From NCBI GenBank assembly GCA_010093705.1, contig MU006117.1, positions 1 through 64,000 of the forward strand: a DNA stretch of 64,000 bases, given 5' to 3'. Positions 1-13,253 of the stretch are shown one piece after another. The position numbers and the translations under genes are program-made. This DNA is from Patellaria atrata CBS 101060 (taxonomy: Eukaryota). Position 1 is the first letter of the stretch, and every line of letters begins with the position of its first letter. The notes beneath the pieces are model-generated. The model was not told the DNA's origin and made no database searches. It saw only the letters and a list, made by a program, of their open reading frames with translations.

Positions 1-3000
1 TAACTTGCCGCGAGAGATGCGGCTTGCCAGGATCTTATCTACTTCATATTCGGGCTCGCCGTCTATTTCGATCGGCGGTGGTGGTTCTAGCCGTTGTCCG
101 GGTAACGGGTCCATCGGTGCTTTGCGAAGCCTGTCTGCGTGGAATACGTTCGACATCTTCATGTTGGTGGGCAAGTCGATCACGTAAGAGTGCCCCTTCA
201 TTCCTATTATCTTGTATAGACCTGCGTTCTAATAGTCTAGTTTGACACTCGGCCTATCCGATATCTAGCCTTTACGTGAGATAAAGACGTAGTCTCCTGG
301 TCCGAAGTCTGGTTCTCTCCGATGCTTGTTGGCCGACTTTGCCTGTGTTGCCTGTGCCTTTTCCAGGTTGTTCCTCGCCCATTTGACGGCGTCGTGGGTG
401 CGTTTCGCGAATAGTTGAGCTTCCTCTCTACTCATCTTTTCTCGGACTGTCTTGCATGCGTCGAGATCTGTCCGCTCTTGCCAGTCGAAATGCATTCGTG
501 GTTGGTAACCGAATTCTAACTCGTAAGGGGAAATGCCCGTCGATTCGTGGACTAACGTGGCCTAGGCAAAGTCTACTACGGGTAGCAGCTCCAACCAATT
601 ACTCTAGTGGTGGTTCACGAAGGGCCGGAGCCGTAGATCTATATACTAGTTAATAATCTCCGTACCTCCGTTCGTCTACGAGTGGTAAGCTGTGGACAGC
701 TTCTATTTCACTTTCGTCAGTTTGCAAAGCTCATCTATAAATACAGAAACAAACTATAGACCACGGTCTAATATCGCTGTCTCCGGTGTGCCGTATATCC
801 GCCATACGTGTTCGTAGTATAGCTTTGCGGCTACCTTAGCCGAGATGTCTTTAGTATAGGGGAGTGAGATCGCTCTCTTTCCTAGTCGATCTACTACCAC
901 AAACGCCATTTCGAATCCGTGCGTGTCCTTAGGGAACGATTTGAAGTCGAAGGCGACGTGTTACCAACATCTATCTCCGATTGGTAGTGATTTTAGTAAA
1001 CCGGGGGTTTTGTCTCTTGGTGTATGCGTCCGACGATAGGTGTGACAGTTCCGGACGTATCTATCTATATCAGCTACTAATCCGGGCTAGTAGTATCGCG
1101 CTCGGATTAGTTCTTTCGTCTTCTTGGTTCCTGGATGTCCTGTAACCAGTGCGTTATGCACGTCTCGTATCAGATACGTTCTGAGGTTATCCACGTCTNN
1201 NNNNNNNNNNNNNNNNNNNNNNNNNNNNNNNNNNNNNNNNNNNNNNNNNNNNNNNNNNNNNNNNNNNNNNNNNNNNNNNNNNNNNNNNNNNNNNNNNNNN
1301 NNNNNNNNNNNNNNNNNNNNNNNNNNNNNNNNNNNNNNNNNNNNNNNNNNNNNNNNNNNNNNNNNNNNNNNNNNNNNNNNNNNNNNNNNNNNNNNNNNNN
1401 NNNNNNNNNNNNNNNNNNNNNNNNNNNNNNNNNNNNNNNNNNNNNNNNAATGCACTTCTTTGACATGTTGTTCCTCCCTTTCGAGGTTTTGGTTGCTATG
1501 GACCCTTGGTCCTGAGCTTCGGCTCCCTCCGTCCCCTGCGAAGGCTCGGCTATCGCCACCTCGGCTACCGCCACCCGGGTCCCGGGCCCTAACTTTGGAG
1601 CGTACTTTTCTGCCGCCCCCTCTCTAGAGGTTACACGTTTCTTGCTGCTCTGAGATATCTTCTCAGGCAGTAGTTGTTGTTTTATTAAGAGCCGAAGAGG
1701 TGCCACCGTTGTATTCGGGTCGATTAGCACCTAGGTCCGTGCCGTAATGTCTTTATCTTTCGCTGTCTTCAGGTCTTCTTGTTTACGGGAGAGCGCGTCT
1801 GCCACGACGTTTTGGGCTCCGGGCCGATACGTGATTCGGAAGTGGAAATCAGAGAGAGCTTCACTCCATCGGGCTTGTCTAGCATTGAGTAACCGTTTCG
1901 TGGTGAAGTATTCTAGTGCTCTGTGGTCAGTGATCACGGTGAAGGGAACTTGCTGTAGCCCTACTAGCATGCTTCTCCACTCGGCTAGTGCTCTCACCAC
2001 GGCTAGCATTTCCTTATCGTGGATTTCGTACCTTAGTTCTATCTCCGATAACGTCTTGGTCCAGAAGGCAACTGGCCTCCAGACGTGTCCGTGGAGCTGC
2101 GATATAACTGCTGCGGCAACCCCGTCACTACAGTCGGACTCGACTTTCGTCTCGAGTAGAGGGTCGTAGTGCGCCAGCACTTGATCTGATAGAATTAGCT
2201 CTTTTACTTTCTCAAATGCCTCTTCTTCTTTCTACTCAAGTGGTTTCCAAACCCCTTTTCGTGTCCGTATCGTTAATGGTCGTATGACTCGTCCGAATTT
2301 CTCTAGGAACTTCCGGTAGAAGTTATAGAATCCGTTAAACGATAAGATCCCCTTTACGTTCGTTGGTAACTTCCAGTTTCGGACTACTTCAGTCTTTTCT
2401 AGATCCATCGCTATTCCGTCGGTGCTGATAATAAAGCCGAGGAACTTCGTCTTTATCACGTGGAACTCGCTTTTCTTAATATCGGCTTGTAGGCCGGCCT
2501 TAGCTAGTGCTTCTAGCACTTTCGCGACGTGGGTCTAGTGCTCTAGTGGGCACTTAGAGTAGATTAGTATATCGTTAACATATACTATATAGAAGTCGTC
2601 TAGGTATTGGAAGAGCGCCTTATTAATAAACCGTTAGAACGAGGCTAGGCCGTTATATAACCCGAAGGGTAGTACCTTATACTTAAACGATCTATATCTC
2701 GTTCGGAAGGTGGTAAGATCTTCGGCTAACTCCTTTATCCGGATTCGGTAGAATGCTTATCTCACGTCGAGTTTCGTAAATATCTTTGCTCGTTGAAGGC
2801 GCGCTAGTGTTTCTTCGATTAGGGGTAACGGATACTTATCCTTCTTAGTAATGCTATTCAGCTTTCTATAGTTAACGTAGAATCTCTAACCTCCCCCTAG
2901 CTTCTTAGCGAATAACACTAGAGACGCGTATAGTGCCTCGCTTGGAACAATAAACCCCTTCTAAAGGTGCTCCTCTAGATAGTCCTTTACTAGCTATAAG

Positions 3001-4115
3001 TGTTCGATAGGTATATTATATAAAGGGCTAGTAGTAAGATTACTATCTTAATCTAGTACTATATCGTGGTCTACGCCTTCTCTAAGCGGTGATAGCTTAT
3101 CGAATATAGATTTCGAGAACACGTGGGCTAAGTGGTGGTATTTCTTAGATAACTTTTTATAGATTATCGCTCTATAAGCGTCTTCGTCTTCGTTTAAAGG
3201 GTTTTCGTCTTCCGAGAGTCGATTTTATATTAAGGAGTTAATTTTATATAGACTTATAGTATCTATAACGACGTTTTTACGCTTTACGTTCCTTAGGTAG
3301 TTTTCTCCGCTAACTAAGTAGATATTTATATAGATCCCGGTAATATTAACCCGTTTACTCGGCTTTAGCTTTAGCTTTTTAGAGAGTTCTAGCGTCTCCC
3401 TCTCTATTAAGTCCGATAATTCTAATTTCATCTTTCGGAGATCGAAGTCGATATTCTTAGCCTATAAACTCGGTTACTTCTATTAAAATAGTTACGGTTT
3501 CCTCCTTTAGTTAACTAATACTTTCTATCGGTTATATTCTCGTTTATCGATAACTTTATCTCGTCGTTTTATATCGAATTAGTGCTATAGATTAGTTTAG
3601 GTTTATAGCTCACTCTTCGGAATCACGATATCTCGTTACTAATCTTTAACTATAGTAGTTTATTCCGGCTAAACAATCTAATAATACTTATAATTAGGTA
3701 GGCTATTAGTTTTAAAGAACTACTTCTTACTTATAAGTATATTATTATAGCCTATATTTATCACTATAATCGGTGTTAGCCACCTTCGTCCTCTAATCAC
3801 GAGGCTCGCCTTAAATACTTAGTTAATTAGTGCTACCTTTAAATTATTAAAGGTATTAACTTCGATCTTCTAGTCTATCTTTCTAACTTCGATTCTAAGG
3901 CGTTATTTTAGAGCGGGTAGCTATCTCTTATTTAGTAGAGTATATCCTTAAGCTCTAGTGTCGATTAGGGCCCTAAGCTATATTACGATTCCGTTCTTCG
4001 AGATTTAGCACGGTATCGTGAATAGCTTTTCTAATACCGGATCGTTAATCGGTGTTACTAATACTTCTATTATTAGCCCTAATATAGAGTCTCTACTTAG
4101 GGTTTCTCGTTTTCC
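1..4115 (-). pseudogene. pol: A1 pol (PR-RT-RNaseH-spacer-IN-chromodomain), RIP-interrupted
   Basis: ORF fragments 265-495, 1170-1730, 1731-2180, 2232-2519, 3225-3431 and 4005-4202 are pol-like and separated by TAG/TAA stops. Gag appears to end ...GGAAAAC GAG AAA CCC TAA (~4097-4115), a likely -1 frameshift site. Confidence 0.88.
1199..1448. other. Assembly gap (N run)
   Basis: N run inside the A1 pol spacer. Confidence 1.
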
Positions 4116-5811
4116 GAATCTAACTCTAAATCGGATTTTAAGCTCTAATACTCGTCTTTCTAGACCGACTTTACTTCGATTATCTTCTTTAGTCCCCGGC
4201 ATTCTAACGCTCTATATCCGGCCTTACCGTAGTTAAAGTAGTTACTCGTAAACTTCCGAATAGTTATAGTCTATTCCGTCACTTATAGTATTATAGGTGA
4301 GATAGTTCCTCTACTCTCTAATCGGTATAAAGTTCTATTTATCGTTATTAAGGTAGAAGTTATTCTAGTTAGTTTACCACGCTTCTAACTCTCTCTACGA
4401 GCCTTACTAACTTTACCTAACCTTTTTAGCTCTTATACTTACGTTATAGCTTTACTATAGTACTTCTAGAAGCTAATTTCGTCGTTACCTATAACTTCCG
4501 TCATTATTAGCCTTAGATTATTATAGAGTCTATCGTGGAGTTTCTCTTTCCACTAGTCGTGTGATAACCTAGCTTTATTAGCTAGCCGGATAAACGTAGA
4601 CTAGAACTTTAGAAAGTCCGCTAGGTAGCCTTACCTTAACTTCTTTAGTTTATCTCTAGCTTTTAGTCGCCTATTTAGGTTTTTATAGATCTAGTCTAGA
4701 AATCTTATTAGCTTTATTAAAGTTATATCGTCCTCCTCTAATTCTAAGAAAGGGTATATATATTTAGCTACCTCGCCACTAATCCGTATCTTAATATAGA
4801 TAGTCTTCGCCCTTTCGTCTTAGAACTAGTTATTATTAACGTGGAGCTTATTATTTATCTTACTCTTCCACTTCTTATAGATTAGCTTCTTACTATTAGT
4901 TAGTTTTAGTGGATTAAGAAACTTTTTTATCTTATTATCGCCTCTACTTCTAAAGTTTCCGGTTAAGTCGACTATTCTAGCTCGGTCGTTACGACTATAT
5001 AATGCTAATAGTTCTTCGTCGTTAGATTTATTATCGAATCGGACGCTCTTTTAGTCTAGTTTAGACTACTTAGTCTATTCTTTTAGATTATTAATCTCGT
5101 TTTAAAGGCGTTTTATAGCTTCTTCATTCGCTTAGTATACTTATAGCTTTAGCTATAAGTCGGGCGTTATCTCGTTAATAAGGTTTACTATCTTTCCAAG
5201 TTATATCTCTCGAGCTATAAGCTTCGCTCTCGTGTAGAGGTACTCTATTATAAACTAGTCTAGGTTTTTAACTACCTATTCCTTTACTCCGTCGATTATA
5301 TCGGCGTTTCGATTATCTATAATAGCGGTATATTTAAGAGGCTTCCCTTCTTCTATTATTCCGGGGATTTCTCTTAGTAGGTTCTATAAATCCGCTTCTA
5401 AAATATTATTAGTAATCTACTAGTCGATCACTTCTAGCGTTAATTTACGTTAGTGCATTTTTTCTTTTCCTTTTAATCCGGTGTTACTCTCTACTTTTAG
5501 ATCTATAGTTAGCTTATTATCTATCTACTTCGTTAAGGTTATTAAAGATTTAACTATCTTATTTAGTTTACTATAATATTTACTTCTTTAAATAATTTAT
5601 ATTCGTTAGTCCTAATCTCTTTTAAGTACTAGGTTATTATTATTATCGACGTTAATACTCTTAGATACCGGATATCTTATTACTAGTAAAGCTCGGCTAC
5701 TTATAGATTCCCGATTAGTCCGATAATCGTTCGTTAGCTAGACTAATATCGTGCTCCGGTTAGAATATTATATCGCCTTTTTAGAGGCTATTAAAGGTGA
5801 ACTTAATCTAG

Positions 5812-6083
5812 TGTAATAATATAGTATAGTTATAGTAATTGTATTTTAACTATCTCTATTATTAACTACTAAGTATAGAGATTAAGTTAAGGAATAATAA
5901 TATCGTAGGCCGAATATCCGTATATAATAGTCCCGTCTTACTAAGCCTCGGCCTAACTATCTTCTATTTAACTAATTAGCGCTTAGAGATCTTTTCTATA
6001 TCCGACCCGGTAAAAATCTCTTATAAATAAACTAAACACTTAGTATAGGAAATACGGGATTAGTATCGTGATACGTTATTATA
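5812..6083 (-). repeat. A1 5' LTR (272 bp)
   Basis: Reverse complement of the LTRs at 12982-13253 and 19450-19721; TG terminus preserved at 5812. Confidence 0.93.
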
Positions 6084-9080
6084 TATCGAGTATATAGAAT
6101 AGATTAAAATATTATCTATATAAGTTATATAGAAATTATTTAAATATTTAAAGAAAGTCTTATTAATAAATTATTAAAAAAAGGCGGGACTATTATATAA
6201 ATTAAATAATAATACCTTATATTTAAAAAAGCTATATTAAGTTTAAAATATAATAAGATTTTTAGCTAATTTTATTATTTATATTTAGTAAAATATTTAT
6301 TATATATTAAATTTTATAAATATTTTTATATATTATAACCGGATTAATATCTTTTTTATAAATAATAATAAGTATTTATCTTTTTTAATAATATTATTAA
6401 GCTTTTAATAATTTATATAAAATCTTTAATTACTACTTAGCTTCTTAATAAATAATATTAAAAATATATATAGTATTTTATTTAGCTTAATAAACTTTTT
6501 TTAAAGATACTTTTTTAAGTAGTTTTTTATTAACTAAAAATACTTAATTAATATATTATATAATAGGCTTATTACTAGATTATTATTTTACTCTAATATA
6601 ATATTATAGTTAACTCTCTCTTAATAAGAAGGTAGTTAGTTTAATATATACTTTAAAAATATATAAAAAAGATAATAATACTCTATAAATAACTTTTTTA
6701 ATATTATTATTTTAAGCTTTTTCTTATTATTTAATAATAGATCTTTATCTTTTTTAAGTTTATTTTAGATTAGAGAATTAATTTTATATAAATTTATAAC
6801 TTTAATAATTATATTTAATCTTTAAATATTTTATAGATAATCTTTAATATTAACTATATAAATATTTAACTTTATTTTAAATATATTAATATATTAGCTT
6901 ATTTTTAATTTCTTTAAAAGTTTTAAAATCTCTTTTTCTATTATATTTAATAATTTTATTTTTATTTTTTATATACTCGAATTTAATTCTTATCTCTATA
7001 ATCTTAATTATTTCTATTTAAATAGTATAGACTTTTTCTTTTATCTAACTTTAATCTTTAAACGTTATATCTTTTATTTATTAGATATTTTATCTCTTTA
7101 TTTTATATTAATTTAATAAACTAGATTTATTATAGTCTATAATTCTCTCTTTAATATTATAATATTTTATTATTAGTTTTTAATCGTTATAATCTATAAT
7201 AGTTAAAAGATTATATTATATTTATAATCTAATAAATTACTTATTTTTAAAAACTACTCTCTTTTAATTAGTATATTAATATAATCTATATTAATTATTA
7301 GAATAAAGATTTTCTATTATTTATTAATAAATATAAGATTAACTTTAATTATTTTATCGATTAATTCTATTATTAAATTATTAAAACCCTTTATATTAAT
7401 ATATAGTATCTTTTTTAATTTAATATCTAATTATTATTTTAATATAAGTAACTATTTTCTATTTAAAAAGATATATCTTTAAACTTTTATATCGATTAAA
7501 GCTCTAAATTATATTATAATTCTATTTCTTAATACTTAATATAATATAGTAAAAGATTTTTTTATAATTAAATTATTTACTAATATTTTTAATACTTCTA
7601 TTAATAACTTTAAAGTAAAGTTTTTATTTAAAATTTTTTATTTTCTAGTTCTAATTTTTAGCTTAATTTATTTTACTTTATTTAAGTTAACTTAACCTTA
7701 GTTATCTTTCTTTATATTTAATAATTAACCGATTAATACCTCGATTTATTATAATTAAAGTAATTTCCTATAAATTTTCGAATTATTATAATACTTTAAT
7801 CTATTAATTATTATAGAGAAATAATTATACTCGAAACTCTATTTAATTATTAAGTTATAATTTTACTTATTATCGTAATATTTAAAACTATTTTAATAAT
7901 TTTATATTTTTATTATTTCTTTTATCGTTTTTTTAACTTTTAACTTTACTTCTTTAAGCCTTATACTTAAAATATTACTTATTAATAGAACTCTTTAAAA
8001 CTAATATTATTATTTATTATATTTAATATTATAACTTATTATAAAGAATTATATAACTTTTTATAAATCTTTTTTTTTTATTAATTTCTAAATAACTTAG
8101 CCTTTATAATTAAATAGATAAAATTTAATTAAAATTTTATAAAGTTTATTAAATAGTTCTAATTTAATTTTCTTAGCTTATCTTTAATCTTAAGATATCT
8201 ATTAAAGTCTTTATAAATTTAATAAATAAATTTAAATAAATTTTTAAGTATAATAGTCTTATTATCTTCTATTTTTAATTTTAAATATAGATATATTTAA
8301 TTAACTAATTATCTATTTATTTTTATCTTAATATATATTATCTAATTTCTATCTATTAGATACTAATTAATATTATACTCGAGTTTATCTATTAATTAAC
8401 TCTTTTATATTTAATAAATTAGATTTTTACTATTAATTAATATAGATAAATTAGAGAATTTATTTAACTTATTATTTTTACTTCTTAAAATTCTCGCGTT
8501 TCCTATTATATTTTCTATTATAATATAGTTAATTTAATTCTAATTAATTTATACTCGCGTTAATTAATTATATAAAATCTAATTTTTATTTTAAAAATTC
8601 TTTATAATTTTCTTATTAATTTTATATATAATTATCTTTTATATTATCTTTTTATAATATTATTTAATTATTTTAACTAGTATTTTTATTTACTTTTTAT
8701 AAACTATTAATTATAATAAGCTTTATAAATATTCTTTTATAAAGTTATTTAAATTATTTTATAATACTTATTTAATATTTTTAATATTATTAATATATTT
8801 TTAATTTAAAGTAATTTTATATTTTAGCTTCTATTATTTATATCTATTCTTATATTATTATAATATATTTTAGAGGTCCTTCTTAAGTATTTTCTCTATA
8901 ATTAATATATTAATTAACGCGATTTTTAAAAAATATCGATTATATTTAATACTTTTTTCTTTTAATCTAATATTATATTTTATAGTAAAATAGTTTATAA
9001 ATTTAGTATCTTTTATAATATCTTTTTATATTATTATTTTTAATAGTTTAACTATCTTATAATAATTTATTTATTATCGA

Positions 9081-9310
9081 TTTTAATATTTTTAAATATT
9101 AAATAAACTTATAATCTTTAATCTTAATACTTTTAAATATTAGATTTTTTTTATTATCGTTAATTCTAATATTTTTAAATATTAGATAAATTTATAATCT
9201 TTAATTTTAATACTTTTAAATATTAGATTTCTTTTATTATTATTAATTTTAATACTTTTAAATATTAAATAAACTTATAATCTTTAATTTTAATACTTTT
9301 AAGTATTAAA
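9081..9310 (-). repeat. Tandem array in the B1 5' leader: 6 copies of an 'aatactttt-aaatatt' core at alternating 41/42-bp spacing (83-bp higher-order unit)
   Basis: Cores at ~9085, 9126, 9168, 9209, 9251 and 9292 with two alternating linker sequences; the same array occurs in B2. Confidence 0.85.
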
Positions 9311-9361
9311 TTAAAATATTATATTATCTTTTTAAGATTATAATAGTAAAATTTAATCTAA

Positions 9362-9559
9362 TATAATAATATAATAATTATAAAGAATTAAATTAAATTA
9401 TAATTAATATAATCTAATTATAATATAAAGAAATTAAGTTAAGAAAAGAAAAAGTTATAATTATATAATTTATTAATATTAAATATATAATAATAAAACT
9501 TTAATATAATTATTATTAATAAAGGAAAATAGAAAATAATAATTTATAATATTATTATA
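9362..9559 (-). repeat. B1 5' LTR (198 bp)
   Basis: Reverse complement of 11149-11346, 24317-24514 and 48521-48718. Confidence 0.88.
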
Positions 9560-9708
9560 ATAATAATAATATTTATAATTTTAATAAAATTAATTTTAAA
9601 ATAAATATAATTAAATTAATAAAAATTATTATAAATATAAAAAAATATATAAAATATAATTTTATTTAATTAAATAATAAAAAATAAATTATAATTATTT
9701 AAAATATT

Positions 9709-10110
9709 TATAATAATATATTATAATATTAATTTTTTATTTTTTATATTAAATATTTAATTTATTTATAAAAGATCTTTATTAAATTAAATATAAAAGA
9801 AATCTTTAAATATTAATTAATTAAATAAAAAATAATTAAATTAAAATTTAATAAAATAAAATTAATATATATAAATATTTAATTTATAATATTATTATTT
9901 TTTAATTTAATCTTTATATTTAATAATTAATAATAAAAATAATTAAAATATAATTATTATAATTATATTATATTATTATATTAAATTAAATTTATTTTTT
10001 ATAATCTTTTAAAAAAATAATAAAATATTTTAATTAAAATATAATATTAATTTTATAAATAAATAATTATTAAATTAATTAAAATTAATAAACTATTAAA
10101 TTTTATTAAT
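9709..10110 (+). mobile_element. Relic family A fragment A5 (5' LTR 9709-9980 plus ~130 bp leader), almost completely RIP-converted
   Basis: Aligns to 12982-13385 mainly through C>T/G>A changes (retains 'tttataaaagatctttatt'). Confidence 0.8.
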
Positions 10111-11148
10111 TAATAAAAAAAGATTATTATTTTAAATAATAATAATTAATAATTAATAAAATTATTTATATTAATAATAATTTTAATAATAAATTAAAAG
10201 TAAATATTATAAATAATTATTTAAAAATAATTAATAATTATTAAAAAAATAAATAAAAGAAAAAATTTAAAGAATAAATAATTATTAAAAATTAAAAAAA
10301 TAGAAAATTCTTTTAATTAAAATAAAATAAAAAAAGATTTTTTTATAAATTTATTAAAATTATATTATATTATTTAAATAAAATTATAATTTAATTTAAA
10401 AGTATTTATTATATTTTATTAATTAATAAATATAATTAAGAAAAAATTATAAAAAATTATAAAAAAATATTTTAAAAATTAATTAAAATTAATAATATAA
10501 ATTAATTAAATTTATAAAACTTTAATAATTATAAATAGATTATATAATAATATAATATTAAAAATAAATATATATTTAAATAATAAAATAATTATTAACT
10601 ATTTAAAAATAAAGAATAAAGAATTAAAAAAATTATTTAAAAAAATAAATAATTAAAATATTTATTTTATAAAAAATATAAATAATAATATATTAAAATA
10701 ATAATAAAACTAATAAAATAATATTAAAAATTTAAATTATATTATAAATATCTTTAAAAATAAAAATAATAGAAAATTAAAAAAATATTTTAATTTATTT
10801 ATATTAATTAATAGTAAAAATTTTATATATAATTAATAAAAAAAATAATTAAAAAATAAATTTAAAGTTAATAATAATTAATTCTTAAATAATAAAGTTA
10901 AAATAATATATATAAAAATTTATTTTATAAAATAAATAATTAATTATATATATTTTTATTTAAAAATAAAATATAAAAATAATAAATAAATTTTATTATA
11001 AAATATATTAAAATATTTAAATAATATTTATAAAAATTTAAATAAATATATAAAAATAAAAGATAATTTAAAAAAAATATTTAAAAATATTTAAAAATAT
11101 TTAAAAATATTTAAAAAATTTTATAAAAATTTAATTAAAATTTATTTA

Positions 11149-11346
11149 TATAATAATATTATAAATTATTATTTTCTACTTTTCTTTATTAATTATAATC
11201 GTATTAAGATTCTATTATTATATATTTAATATTAATAAATTATATAATTATAATTTTTTCTTTTTTTAATTTAATCTTTTTATATTATAATTAAGTTATA
11301 CTAGTTATAATCTAATTTAATTCTTTATAATTATTATATTATTATA
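11149..11346 (+). repeat. B2 5' LTR (198 bp)
   Basis: Direct repeat of 24317-24514. Confidence 0.88.
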
Positions 11347-11397
11347 TTAAATTAAGTTCTATTATCACGATTTTAGAAAGATAATATAATATTTTAA

Positions 11398-11725
11398 TTT
11401 AATATTTAAAAGTATTAAAATTAAAGATTATAAGTTTATCTAATATCTAAAAGTATTAGGACTAATAATAATAAGAAAAATCTAGTATTTAAAAGTATTA
11501 AAACTAANNNNNNNNNNNNNNNNNNNNNNNNNNNNNNNNNNNNNNNNNNNNNNNNNNNNNNNNNNNNNNNNNNNNNNNNNNNNNNNNNNNNNNNNNNNNN
11601 NNNNNNNTTTATCTAATATTTAAAAGTATTAAAATTAATAATAATAAAAGAAACTTAATATTTAAAAATATTAAAATTAAAGATTATAAGTTTATCTAAT
11701 ATTTAAAAGTATTAAAATTAATAAT
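11398..11725 (+). repeat. B2 leader tandem array (41/42-bp alternating units), spanning the N gap 11508-11607
   Basis: Repeated 'aatatttaaaagtattaaaattaa' core on both sides of the gap. Confidence 0.85.
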
Positions 11726-12981
11726 AAATAAATCACTATAAGATAATTAAACTATTAAAAATAATAATATAAGAAAATATTATAAAAGATATTAAATCTA
11801 TAAATTATCTTATTATAAAGTATAATATTAAATTAAAAGAAAAAAGTATTAAATATAATTAATACTTCTTAAAAGTCGCGCTAGTTAATATATTAATTAT
11901 AGAGAAAATAATTAAAGAGAATCTTTAAAATATACTATAATAGTATAAGAGTAAATATAAATAATAAAAGTTAAAATATAAAATTACTTTAAATTAAAAA
12001 TATATTAATAATATTAAAAATATTAAATAAATATTATAAAATAATCTAAATAACTTTATAAAAAAATATTTATAAAATCTATTATAATTAATAGCTTATA
12101 AGAAGTAAATAAAAATATTAACTAAGATAATTAAATAGTATTATAAAAAGATAATATAAAAGATAATTATATATAAAGTTAATAAAGAGATTATAAAGAA
12201 TCTTTAAAATAAGAATTAAATTCTATATAATTAATTAATATAAATATAAATTAATTAGAATTAAACCGACTATACTATAATAGAATATATAATAGAAAGC
12301 GTGAGAATTTTAAAAAGTAAAAGCGATAAATCGAGTAAATTTCCCAATTTATTTATATTAATTAATAATAAAGATTTAACTTATTAAATATAGAAAAGCT
12401 AATTAATAGATAAACTCGAGTATAATATTAATTAATATCTAATAAATAAAGATTAAGTAATATATATTAAGATAAAAATAGATAGATAATTAGTTAATTA
12501 GATATATTTATATTTAAAGTTAAAAATAGAAAATAATAAAACTATTATATTTAAAAATTTATTTAAATTTATTTACTAGATTTATAAAGACTTTAATAGA
12601 TATTTTAAGGTTAAAGATAAACTAAAAAAGCTAAATTAAAGCTATTTAATAAATTTTATAAAATTTTAGTTAAACTTTATCTATCTAATTATAAAGGCTA
12701 AATTATTTAAAGATTAATAAAAAGAAAAGATCTATAAAAAGTTATATAATTCTTTATAATAGATTATAATATTAGATATAATAAATAATAATATTAGTTT
12801 TAAAGAGTTCTATTAATAAGTAACGCTTTAAATATAAAATTTAAAGAAGTAAAGTTAAAAGTTAAAAAAACGATAAAAAAAGTAATAAAAATATAAAATT
12901 ATTAAAATAGCTTTAAATACTATAATAATAAGTAGAACTATAATTTAGCGATTCAATAAAGTTTTAAGTATAATTATTTCT

Positions 12982-13253
12982 TATAATAATATATTATAAT
13001 ACTAATTCTATATTTTCTATATTAAATATTTAGTTTATTTATAAAAGATCTTTATTAAGTTAGACGCGGAAAAGATCTCTAAACGCTAATTAGTTAAATA
13101 GAAGATAATTAAGCTAAAGTTTAATAAAACGAGACTATTATATATAGATATTTAGCCTATAATATTATTATTTCTTAACTTAATCTCTACACTTAATAGT
13201 TAATAATAAAGATAGTTAAAATATAATTACTATAACTATACTATATTATTATA
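12982..13253 (+). repeat. A2 5' LTR (272 bp)
   Basis: Direct repeat of 19450-19721. Confidence 0.94.

Larger units (their letters stand above)
1..6083 (-). mobile_element. Gypsy/chromovirus LTR retrotransposon family A, copy A1 (3' end outside window); inserted into the RT of B1
   Basis: Minus-strand protease (ALIDT), RT (YVND from RIP of YVDD, ~2570), RNase H (ORF 1731-2180: ESDCSDGVAAAVISQ...YEIHDKEMLAVV...RQARW), integrase (H/C zinc region ~1050-1170) and start of chromodomain ([10 protein letters not shown], 20-55). Collinear with A2 in reverse complement. Confidence 0.95.
6084..9559 (-). mobile_element. Gypsy family B copy B1 (5' LTR, gag, PR, 5' part of RT), heavily RIPed; interrupted by A1 just after the YxDD motif
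   Basis: Reverse complement of B2 (11149-12981 plus 19722-~21460). The + strand at 6084-6130 is the reverse complement of the RT 'Y-I-D-N-I-L-I-Y' region at ~21420. Confidence 0.9.

Noticed and set aside
9081..9310. Repeat-spacer pattern resembling CRISPR
   Set aside because: Only two alternating linkers rather than unique spacers; it lies in a retrotransposon leader and recurs in B2.
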